From assembly GCA_044376115.1 (NCBI GenBank), contig JBILLK010000034.1, positions 32,001 to 96,000 of the forward strand: a DNA stretch of 64,000 bases, given 5' to 3'. The stretch's first letter is position 1; every line of letters starts with the position of its first letter. Both the position numbers and the translations under genes were made by a program. Shown here one piece after another: positions 56,652 to 64,000 of this stretch. The notes below the pieces were generated by a model. It saw only the letters and a program-made list of their open reading frames with translations. It had not been told where the DNA came from and made no database searches. The DNA is from Polyangiaceae bacterium. GTDB lineage: Bacteria; Myxococcota_A; Polyangia; Polyangiales; Polyangiaceae.

Positions 56652-58313
56652 TCAAACGTAGATGGCCATTTTGGAGACCCAACTCGAAGGGTGCTCGATT
56701 AACTGTTTCAGCCATTCTGGGTGCTCCTTCAGCGCCTTGTGGGCTTCCGCTTGAGGGAGTCCGCGTCGAGCGAAATCGACAGCCATCTGGCGGCGAGCCT
56801 GCCAAACGATCTTTGGCTCGCGATCGAGTTGGGGGTGCGGAACCTTCTGTCCGAGCAGGATAGTGTCGAGCCCATGGAGACCGTAGAAGAAGACGCCTGT
56901 GGTCTCGTTGAGTTGTGTCCGCATGGCGCGCGGCAAAAGCGAGAGCGGACCGTACTGGCGGAATAGTTCCAGCGCGGTCGTGAGCCCCGATATGTCAGTC
57001 GTCTCTCGGACGTCTCGCCAGAACTTCGTCTCGAGGCGCTGATTGAACTTGTAGTGGGCAGACAGGAACCAACGCAATCGGTCCCAATCTCGGGCTGCGC
57101 TTTGGTTGATGAACTGCTTCATGGCGCTCTCCTCAGGGCCTAAGGGGAAGGCGCGAACAAGCGAGCTGATCGCCCGCGTAATCATCAATAGGCCGGTTGA
57201 TTCGAGCGGCTCAACGAAAGCGTAGGCGTTACCTATGGCGTAGACGTTGCCCACCCAAGCGCGCTCTCTGCGCCCGGAACGAAAGCGCACCAACCGTTCA
57301 TTGCTCAAATCAGGCCACTGTTTGCGAGCCTCTTCCAGCGCTTGATCTTGGGAGCAATGGGACGATGAGTAGACGTACCCGAGGTGGTCGTTCTCAAACA
57401 TGGGGATGTTCCAGCACCAGCCGTGGTCCATCGTCCGCGCTGTCGTATAGGGCTTGATTTTGCCGCTGTGCGGCGCGTTGAAGGCCACCGCCGAGTCGGT
57501 TAGGAGGCTCGAGCTGTAGCTCTTGAAGGGTTCGGCAAGTTTGTCGCCGAGAAGAAAGGAGCGAAACCCCGAACAATCAACGTAAAGATCGAACTCCAGC
57601 GCCTCCCCGCTATCGCTCAATAGCCTTCGAATCCGGGGTTCTCCGGGCGCCGCCTCCGGATCAAGCTCGGCGTCGACAATCTTTGTGTTGCGGTGGATGA
57701 CCCCCCGAGCAACGGCCGTTCGGGTCAGGTAACTCACCAAGCGCTGATTATCGAGGTGGTAGGCAAACGCCAGGAGCGGCAAGAATGACTGTACTTGCCC
57801 GCCGTTTTTTAGAATGGGCGTGGTGTCGCGCTCCATGAGCGCTGCTTGCAAGGTGAAGGCGCTTACGTTGCCGGTCTCTCCCATCGCCCCCAGCATGCCG
57901 ATGCCGTTGACCTCCCAATCGAAGGGGGCTTGGAAGGCGTAGTCTCCTGGCTGGCCCCACTCAAAGCGAATGCCCTGCTTCCAGGTTGGCTGGACCTCGC
58001 GAGTGAACTCAGCAACGTCCAGTTTGAGATAATGGTGAAGGAACGCGACGAGGCTCGGTACGCTCGCTTCGCCCACGCCGATGATTGGCACGCTCGGCGT
58101 CTCGATCACCGTCACTTCGAGGAACGGCAGCTGCGCACGCAGCGCCAGCGCTGTAAACCACCCCGCCGTACCCCCACCGAGGATACCCACCCGCAAGACT
58201 CCCTGGGCCGGTGCGCTTTGCGGGCGAAACCGCTCGCGGCGCAGAAGTTCATGATTGGTGAAGAGCTCCTGCAGCATTTGCATGGTGATCGGAGCCTTTG
58301 AGGGCGGTTGCAT
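56652..58313 (-). CDS. Flavin-dependent halogenase, tryptophan halogenase family
   Basis: GGGTAG, GVGEA, TWKQGIRF (catalytic Lys), DCSGF, WCWNIP, FVEPLESTG. Confidence 0.93.
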   Translation of the reverse strand: MQPPSKAPITMQMLQELFTNHELLRRERFRPQSAPAQGVLRVGILGGGTAGWFTALALRAQLPFLEVTVIETPSVPIIGVGEASVPSLVAFLHHYLKLDVAEFTREVQPTWKQGIRFEWGQPGDYAFQAPFDWEVNGIGMLGAMGETGNVSAFTLQAALMERDTTPILKNGGQVQSFLPLLAFAYHLDNQRLVSYLTRTAVARGVIHRNTKIVDAELDPEAAPGEPRIRRLLSDSGEALEFDLYVDCSGFRSFLLGDKLAEPFKSYSSSLLTDSAVAFNAPHSGKIKPYTTARTMDHGWCWNIPMFENDHLGYVYSSSHCSQDQALEEARKQWPDLSNERLVRFRSGRRERAWVGNVYAIGNAYAFVEPLESTGLLMITRAISSLVRAFPLGPEESAMKQFINQSAARDWDRLRWFLSAHYKFNQRLETKFWRDVRETTDISGLTTALELFRQYGPLSLLPRAMRTQLNETTGVFFYGLHGLDTILLGQKVPHPQLDREPKIVWQARRQMAVDFARRGLPQAEAHKALKEHPEWLKQLIEHPSSWVSKMAIYV

Positions 58314-58504
58314 GGGCGCGCAGTCTAGCCCAGGGCGGCTCCGTTGTGGGTGTGCTGCCGTTCGGGCATGACTCCCATGAGAATGAGATAAAGCCTAACT
58401 GTCGCAGTGGGTCTTCCTCATTGTGTCACCGTCCGAGCGATCCACTCTAGAGCGAAGGCTCGCGCGGGCAGGGTTTGTCCGAAGGCGACAGTCCACGGAG
58501 ACCA

Positions 58505-59449
58505 ATGGAATTAGTCAGTGTTGCTAGCCCGCTCGTGTGGGTCGCCTTTCTGGCATTTGTCCTCGTCATGCTCGCGCTCGACCTGGGTGTCTTTCATAAA
58601 CACGCCCATGAGGTGAGCTTCAAGGAGGCGGCCGGCTGGAGCTGCGTTTGGGTAACACTCGCGCTGATTTTCAACGGCATCCTGTGGTCTCAGTTCGGGT
58701 CGAAGCTGGCTACTGAGTTTTTGACCGGCTACCTGATCGAGAAGACGCTGAGCATCGATAACATTTTCGTCTTCGTCGTCATCTTTGGCTCACTGAAGGT
58801 CCCATCCCTCTACCAACACCGCGTCCTTTTCTGGGGCATCCTTGGCGCGCTGGTGATGCGCGCGGCGATGATCTTCGCTGGCGTAAGCATGCTGGAGCGG
58901 TTTCACTGGCTCATCTACGTGTTCGGCGCGTTCCTCATCTTCACCGGGATCAAGCTGCTCGTTGACAAGGATGATGCCAAGGACCCTGAGAAGGGCCTGT
59001 TCTTGCGCACGGTTCGCAAGCTTGTTCCTTCGACCCCGGACTACGACGGCGAGCGTTTCTTCTCAAAGCGGGGTGGCCGGTGGTTGGCGACGCCACTGTT
59101 CATGGCGCTCTTGTTGGTCGAGATGACGGACGTCGTGTTCGCCCTCGATTCGATTCCCGCGATCTTCGCCGTGACGCGCGACCCCTTCATTGTCTTTACG
59201 TCCAACATCTTCGCGATTCTTGGTCTGCGCTCGCTCTTCTTCTTGCTCGCCGGGGTAATGGATCGGTTCGCGTACCTCAAGGTGGGTCTCTCTGGCGTGC
59301 TGATGTTCGTGGGTTTGAAGATGGCTCTTGTCGACTTCATCAAGGTACCCGCAGCGCTATCTCTCCTCGTGATCGCCCTCATCCTTGGCAGCTCGATTGG
59401 TGTCTCTCTCTGGGTTTCACGTAAGCCAAAGGAGCAAGGGCTGGTTTGA
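58505..59449 (+). CDS. TerC/Alx-family membrane protein
   Basis: GYLIEKTLSIDN.FVF, QHRVLFWG, E.TDVVFALDSIPA, TSNIFAILGLR; SD GGAG. Confidence 0.96.
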   Translation: MELVSVASPLVWVAFLAFVLVMLALDLGVFHKHAHEVSFKEAAGWSCVWVTLALIFNGILWSQFGSKLATEFLTGYLIEKTLSIDNIFVFVVIFGSLKVPSLYQHRVLFWGILGALVMRAAMIFAGVSMLERFHWLIYVFGAFLIFTGIKLLVDKDDAKDPEKGLFLRTVRKLVPSTPDYDGERFFSKRGGRWLATPLFMALLLVEMTDVVFALDSIPAIFAVTRDPFIVFTSNIFAILGLRSLFFLLAGVMDRFAYLKVGLSGVLMFVGLKMALVDFIKVPAALSLLVIALILGSSIGVSLWVSRKPKEQGLV

Positions 59450-60447
59450 TCCGCTCGAAGCGTACCCTCTCGGACCGGGTTGCCCGAGAGGTGGATCCGC
59501 TCGAGCGGCGGCTGACGAATCAACTTCTCTCGTGCGAGCCGTTGGAGCAAGTTGAGCTTCAACCCATCCCTTCGTCTGCGCCCAGCGCGGGAAGCCGGCC
59601 TTCGACGCTGTTTCGCTCGCCGGCTGGCGTGAGGTACTTCTTCAAAGCAGCAACGGATGAACACGTAGCGGCGGAGATGTTCGCCTGCGAAGTACGCAAG
59701 CTCGGCCGTCGAGCTGTGGTGCCGACTGCTGCTCGGGAACTGCAACTTCCGGGGGTGGGAACTGTTCGTGGGATGCTTCAACCTTGGGTTGAACATACGG
59801 GGCAGAGGCTTCCGGCCGACCCGCGGGCTTGGACCCCAGTTCAGCGTGAAGTGATGCTCCGGGAGCACCCGTGGGAGTGGCTGCTAGCCAATCTTGATAC
59901 CCACGTAGATCAGTACGTACTCGTTGGTGATGCGGTAGTCCCGCTCAACGTGGATTGGGACCACTCGCTCTCCGACTTGCACGTGACCGAGCTCGATCGC
60001 TTCACCTCTCGGAGCCTGCTGGTTGCACCACTTCGCAACGCTCTCTACGACGCCCACGTTGCTGGCCGCCTGGAGCTAGAGTTCGGTGGGCTTCGGCGCG
60101 AGGTCCGGCGGATTGCTCGGCTGAGCGATTACGAGCTATCGACCGCGTTCGAGCGTTGGGCTCGGCGCAGTGGCGTTTCGCCTGAAGTCTACGCGTTGAG
60201 CCGCGCTCGCTTCTTTCAACGAAAAAAGAGAATTGCCCGTACCTTCGGTCGCTTTCTACGCTCTCTGCGGCGAGAGCGGCGGCTGCGCTCCGACCCATCA
60301 CAAGCCATGCCGCTCGGGGAGGCCCTGTACGTGATGATGGCGCAGACCTGGCAGCGTCTTGTCATCGATACGCTGCATGACCGAGCGGTGGTTCCCTTTT
60401 TAAGGGTCTATCGACGCGGCCTCCATTTGTGGCACACGCTCGGGTAA
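59446..60447 (+). CDS. HipA/PI3K-PI4K-like atypical kinase
   Basis: GSRPS loop, YFFK, AAE, WLLANLDTH, NVDWDHSL in kinase order; TTG start overlapping the terC stop. Confidence 0.65.
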   Translation: MIRSKRTLSDRVAREVDPLERRLTNQLLSCEPLEQVELQPIPSSAPSAGSRPSTLFRSPAGVRYFFKAATDEHVAAEMFACEVRKLGRRAVVPTAARELQLPGVGTVRGMLQPWVEHTGQRLPADPRAWTPVQREVMLREHPWEWLLANLDTHVDQYVLVGDAVVPLNVDWDHSLSDLHVTELDRFTSRSLLVAPLRNALYDAHVAGRLELEFGGLRREVRRIARLSDYELSTAFERWARRSGVSPEVYALSRARFFQRKKRIARTFGRFLRSLRRERRLRSDPSQAMPLGEALYVMMAQTWQRLVIDTLHDRAVVPFLRVYRRGLHLWHTLG

Positions 60448-60491
60448 CTGCGGCCACCGTGCACCCGAGCCTCCCAGGGCATGTCGGGAGG

Positions 60492-61181
60492 TCAGCCGAT
60501 CTTGACGGTTCGCTCCTTACGCGCCGTAAAGATATCGAAGAACTTCGCTGCGACGACACTGGCCTCAAGGGTTGCGTTGCCGCTGTCGAAGGGCGTTCCT
60601 TTGACCATGCCCAAGACCACGACCTCGCCCACGTAGATGCCTTCTGCTGCGAGCTTCTCGCCTAGTAGACCCACCAGCTTGTGTTGCGCTGCTTTGGCTA
60701 CGGCGAGCCCCATCACGTTCCATCGCACGGCCATCGTGTCGACCTTGGAGTCGTAGAACGCAAGTCCTCCACCGGTCACGAGGACCGCGCTGTCCGGCTG
60801 CTGCTTGAGGTCCGGGAGCGCCTCCTGCACGGCGGCCAACAGGCCCGTTACCCCAACGTCGAAGCTCTTCCGCACCTCATCGAGGTGAGCCGTCGTAAGG
60901 TCTCCTGCCCCGGCCGCATAGGCGTTCCAATGAATCACGGTTACGCGTCCCAAAGCCTCTCGAACCGAGCGCACCAGTTGGGTGACTGCCTCCGGCTCAC
61001 TCAAGTCGGTAGGAAACGCAAGCGCCTTGATTCCCAAGGCGCTGAGCGCCTTGACGCCGGCCTCGAGCTTGTCCGCTGAGCGTGCAACCAGCGCCACGGC
61101 AAAGCCCTCCGCTCCGAACTTGCGCGCAACCGCGTCTGAAATTCCGGGGCCATAGCCGCAAACGATGATGGTCTTGCTCAT
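60492..61181 (-). CDS. Short-chain dehydrogenase/reductase
   Basis: GYGPGIS, VARS, DL, NA, VTGG, LAVAKAA. Confidence 0.92.
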   Translation of the reverse strand: MSKTIIVCGYGPGISDAVARKFGAEGFAVALVARSADKLEAGVKALSALGIKALAFPTDLSEPEAVTQLVRSVREALGRVTVIHWNAYAAGAGDLTTAHLDEVRKSFDVGVTGLLAAVQEALPDLKQQPDSAVLVTGGGLAFYDSKVDTMAVRWNVMGLAVAKAAQHKLVGLLGEKLAAEGIYVGEVVVLGMVKGTPFDSGNATLEASVVAAKFFDIFTARKERTVKIG

Positions 61182-61270
61182 ACGCCGCGATAGCAACGTG
61201 GCGAGCGCGCCGCTAGCTGATTAGCTGATTGAGGCTAGTTGCAGGGCGGTCGATTGACTAGCCTACACTC

Positions 61271-62365
61271 GTGCTCACGCCCCACCGTGTTTGGTTGACC
61301 TCACTGACCGTCTTAACGCTGGCGTGCGGCGCTCGCAGCAGCCTCGACGCGCTGGGAGAGCGCGCACCTGGTGACCCCGACCCGTTCTGTGGAGACGCCG
61401 TTCTTTCCGCCACGGAAGCATGTGACGTCGGCGCTGACGTTGTCGGGGATGACTGTCTCGCCGATTGTCAGTTTGCTTACTGTGGTGATGGGGAACAGCG
61501 TCCGGGGGAGGTATGCGACGACGGCAACAACCAAGATGGCGATGGTTGCGAAGCGGATTGCTCATTGCCTAGTTGTGGCGACGGGGTGGTGGATTCAGGC
61601 GAGGAATGTGACGGGGGAAGTCCAGCGGAGTGCACCCCTAACTGTACGTTCCCAGTTTGCGGCGACGGTTTCCTGGCTCCCAATGAGGAGTGTGACGACG
61701 GCGCGCAGAACGGAATCACAGCGGCGTTGTCCGTGGTCTGGGGGGCACAGTCGGTCAACGTGACGCCCATCGTGCTCGTGGAAGGCGTGGCAGCCTTTTA
61801 CGACTTTTCCTCCGCTAGCTCTCATACAGGCTTCGAGCAGGCTCACCTCAGCTCGCTCTTCTGTGCATTTGATTCAGCGGGTCTCCATCTCGTGACCATT
61901 CACAACATCGACCAGGGCGTGGATGGCGTAAAAACCGGCAACGGGGAGGTGAATCAGCGCTTCAGCGGTTTGCCGCAGGGCGCAGCGGTGGAGGTCGCCG
62001 ACGATCGTGCGGAGGAGTTTTCGCTCACCTCGGATGGGTCGGTCGTCGGGAATTGGAAGTTCCAGAACAACACGGACGGTGGAGTGATTGGCCCGCTCAC
62101 GTTCCCTGGCGATTGGGTCATTCAGGTTGATTCAAACTTCATCGAAGGCATCGACCGGCATGAGTTCATCGATGCCCAGACGACGCTCGATCTGGAGCTT
62201 ACGCCCACCGTGTCATTGGTCGCTCGTTCACAGGGGAGCGGCTGCCGCCCGGATTGCCTGCTGCCGCGTTGTGGCGACGGTTTCGTCGATGCGGGGGAAG
62301 TCTGTGACGACGGGGACCCCGCTTCTGGTGTCTGCAACGCCGATTGTTCTGGGCCCAATCCCTAG
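61271..62365 (+). CDS. Lipoprotein with Myxococcus cysteine-rich (DUF4215) repeats
   Basis: LACGARS lipobox; five CGDG...E.CD.G units. Confidence 0.9.
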   Translation: MLTPHRVWLTSLTVLTLACGARSSLDALGERAPGDPDPFCGDAVLSATEACDVGADVVGDDCLADCQFAYCGDGEQRPGEVCDDGNNQDGDGCEADCSLPSCGDGVVDSGEECDGGSPAECTPNCTFPVCGDGFLAPNEECDDGAQNGITAALSVVWGAQSVNVTPIVLVEGVAAFYDFSSASSHTGFEQAHLSSLFCAFDSAGLHLVTIHNIDQGVDGVKTGNGEVNQRFSGLPQGAAVEVADDRAEEFSLTSDGSVVGNWKFQNNTDGGVIGPLTFPGDWVIQVDSNFIEGIDRHEFIDAQTTLDLELTPTVSLVARSQGSGCRPDCLLPRCGDGFVDAGEVCDDGDPASGVCNADCSGPNP

Positions 62366-62423
62366 GTCAGGCGGACGACGCTGGTATGTGAGGCGGATCA
62401 AATACGTCTGGCCGACAAACGCA

Positions 62424-62455
62424 AGAACGCCGCTTAGTGGGCTAAGCGGCGTTCT
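62424..62455. terminator. Intrinsic terminator between convergent genes, probably serving the minus-strand gene
   Basis: Perfect 14-bp stem agaacgccgcttag / ctaagcggcgttct with 4-nt loop; T-rich tail on the minus strand. Confidence 0.75.
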
Positions 62456-62476
62456 CGGCTGACGTTTCTTCCGATA

Positions 62477-63733
62477 CTAGAAGGAAGGCATATTCGTGCC
62501 GGCCACCGTTGTCTGCGGATCGGTGGACGCTTGGACGAACGGGTTACGTGAAGCGCTGCTGCTCTCGCTAGCCTTCTGGTAGATCTGGTCGAGCTGCACG
62601 GATACGTCGGCGTAGAAGATCGCCCCGGGGCTGTAGAAAATATTGCGATTCTTCCCGTCCTCACCGAGCGTCAGGGTCTCATTGTTGTACCCAACGGTTA
62701 CGTAGATGACATCGTAGATACCTTGAGTGATACCAAAGTCCACCGACGAGTTGGTTAGATAGGTCACACCATCATCGAGGCGGTCTGCCTGTTGGCATTC
62801 CCCTGCAACTACGATCTCACAGCTATTGCCCTCGAAGCTATCGCGGAAGCGACTGATGAGACGCCACGAGGTGTTGAACGAAAGGTCTTTGTAGATCGGG
62901 AGAATTCCGGTGACGCCCGTGACGATGCGGTCACGATCGAAGGCGTTGAAGGTCAGCTGATCGGAGAGAAAGGTCCGTCCCGCTGCGGTTTGTCGTGGGC
63001 GCTCCAGGTCCGGATCGGTCGGCGTGGTTGCGCGGGAGAAGAGGTGCGACCAGGTAACGCCCCCGATCAACGTTAGGTTGTTGAGACCGTCCGCCGAGTT
63101 GCCGAGCAGCTTGATGTTCTGGAGGAGCGAGGTACCAAGAGCCGTCGTCAGATAGCGACCTTGGGCCTGACTGATCTCCGAGGTGGGGAAGATTGCGCGA
63201 GTTCGAACGAAGAGTCTGGAGATCCACTCACCGTCTTCCGAAGTGAAGAGGCTGTAGTTGTAACCAAGCCCCACCTGCACGTCTTGGAATTGGGGCTCCC
63301 GTTCGGTTGTGGTTCCACCTGAATTGGTCAGCTCGGTGCTGACCGCCAAGGATGCGTTGATGAACACCTTGTGCATCTTTTCATCGATGAACCACCAGGC
63401 TGGGTTTAGCGAGAAGTCCAGATTGTACGCCTCATCCTCGTAGCCAATGTTGTCTCGGCCGATACCCAGGATGGTGCTGGTGGCCGAGTTGGTCACGCTG
63501 AAGGTCGAGAAGCGGAAGCGCTTCGGCTTCAGGATCTCGGGCGTTGACGACTCAGCTTGGTCTGCAGCGGGCGGGGCTGCAGCGGGAGCCGCCGGAGCCG
63601 TGGTCGTTGCCGCTGGCGCGGCAGGCCCCGTAGTTGCACCCGGGGCTGTTCCTGCAGGTGGCTGTTGGGCGAAGACTGCGGCGGGGGTGCACAGGACGAC
63701 CGCAGTTGCGGCGAGAATGAGCCGTTCTTTCAT
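62477..63733 (-). CDS. Secreted protein, probable outer-membrane beta-barrel
   Basis: Signal peptide ending VFA; Ala/Pro linker; many amphipathic aromatic strands. Confidence 0.75.
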   Translation of the reverse strand: MKERLILAATAVVLCTPAAVFAQQPPAGTAPGATTGPAAPAATTTAPAAPAAAPPAADQAESSTPEILKPKRFRFSTFSVTNSATSTILGIGRDNIGYEDEAYNLDFSLNPAWWFIDEKMHKVFINASLAVSTELTNSGGTTTEREPQFQDVQVGLGYNYSLFTSEDGEWISRLFVRTRAIFPTSEISQAQGRYLTTALGTSLLQNIKLLGNSADGLNNLTLIGGVTWSHLFSRATTPTDPDLERPRQTAAGRTFLSDQLTFNAFDRDRIVTGVTGILPIYKDLSFNTSWRLISRFRDSFEGNSCEIVVAGECQQADRLDDGVTYLTNSSVDFGITQGIYDVIYVTVGYNNETLTLGEDGKNRNIFYSPGAIFYADVSVQLDQIYQKASESSSASRNPFVQASTDPQTTVAGTNMPSF

Positions 63734-63804
63734 TGCAGGATAACTCCGGGGTGCCTGATCTCATGGCGCAGCGGAGACGTCAATACGTCCCGGTTTTCGG
63801 GCAA

Positions 63805-63821
63805 GGCACGATGCGTGCCAG
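63805..63821 (-). promoter_or_regulatory. Sigma54 -24/-12 promoter for the 63733 gene
   Basis: Minus strand CTGGCACGCATCGTGCC (GG-N10-GC, canonical TGGCACG). Confidence 0.65.
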
Positions 63822-63907
63822 CTCGTTTGCCGCTGAGAACGGGGGATTTGAACGGGCTCGTCAAGTTCGTAACGGACGTGCCCGTGCGGAGGTTGATGGC
63901 GTGCGGG

Positions 63908-63923
63908 TGGCATAGCTCCTGCT
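63908..63923 (+). promoter_or_regulatory. Sigma54 -24/-12 promoter for the gene starting at 63972
   Basis: TGGCATAGCTCCTGCT (GG-N10-GC). Confidence 0.55.
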
Positions 63924-63971
63924 GATGGGGCGGCAGGCGGACGAGTTGCTCCGCCTACGTTTGGAGAACGC

Positions 63972-64000
63972 ATGCACAAGCAGACCGCCGTTTGGATCGA
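63972..64000 (+). CDS. 5' fragment of a gene (MHKQTAVWI...), truncated by the window edge
   Basis: SD GGAG 5 nt before ATG; only nine full codons visible. Confidence 0.5.

Noticed and set aside
58325..58421. Short minus-strand ORFs upstream of the halogenase as RiPP precursors
   Set aside because: MGVMPERQHTHNGAALG and MRKTHCDS have no Trp or Tyr and no leader features
58314..58504. Canonical yybP-ykoY riboswitch before terC
   Set aside because: The conserved GGGGAGUAG-like segment was not found
1..64000. Prophage, IS element, integron, defence island or structural RNA gene
   Set aside because: No integrase, transposase, phage or defence motifs recognised; intergenic gaps are short and showed no tRNA-like sequence by eye (tRNAscan-SE/Infernal not run)

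Overview
GC-rich, densely coded chromosomal window from a myxobacterium, most likely Polyangiaceae/Sorangiineae. This rests on Hanks-type kinases, a sigma54 activator, Gly-rich lipoproteins, a MYXO-CTERM protein and Myxococcus Cys-rich repeats. About 55 CDSs. I saw no CRISPR array, rRNA, tRNA, integrase or transposase. Recognisable blocks: a kinase-aat-diguanylate cyclase operon; a soluble NAD-linked formate dehydrogenase operon (fdsGBAD, no fdsC); an RND efflux locus with two TetR genes and three 22-bp palindromic operators; trmK; a MepA-HEAT fusion divergent from a ~12 kb coupled run (beta-propeller lipoproteins, pssA, hemX-like, hemA, hemC, GH57, degenerate aspartic protease); selO; a halogenase-BNR lipoprotein-MYXO-CTERM protease operon; and terC coupled to an orphan HipA/PI3K-like kinase. 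No single unmistakable new system stands out. The best leads are the terC-kinase pair and the halogenase operon beside it, a divergent SMP-30 lactonase / aldonolactone oxidase pair, an ERp18-like thioredoxin, an SQP-repeat kinase linker, an SD-sequestering leader hairpin and back-to-back sigma54 promoters. All calls come from motif reading by eye; no database search was run.
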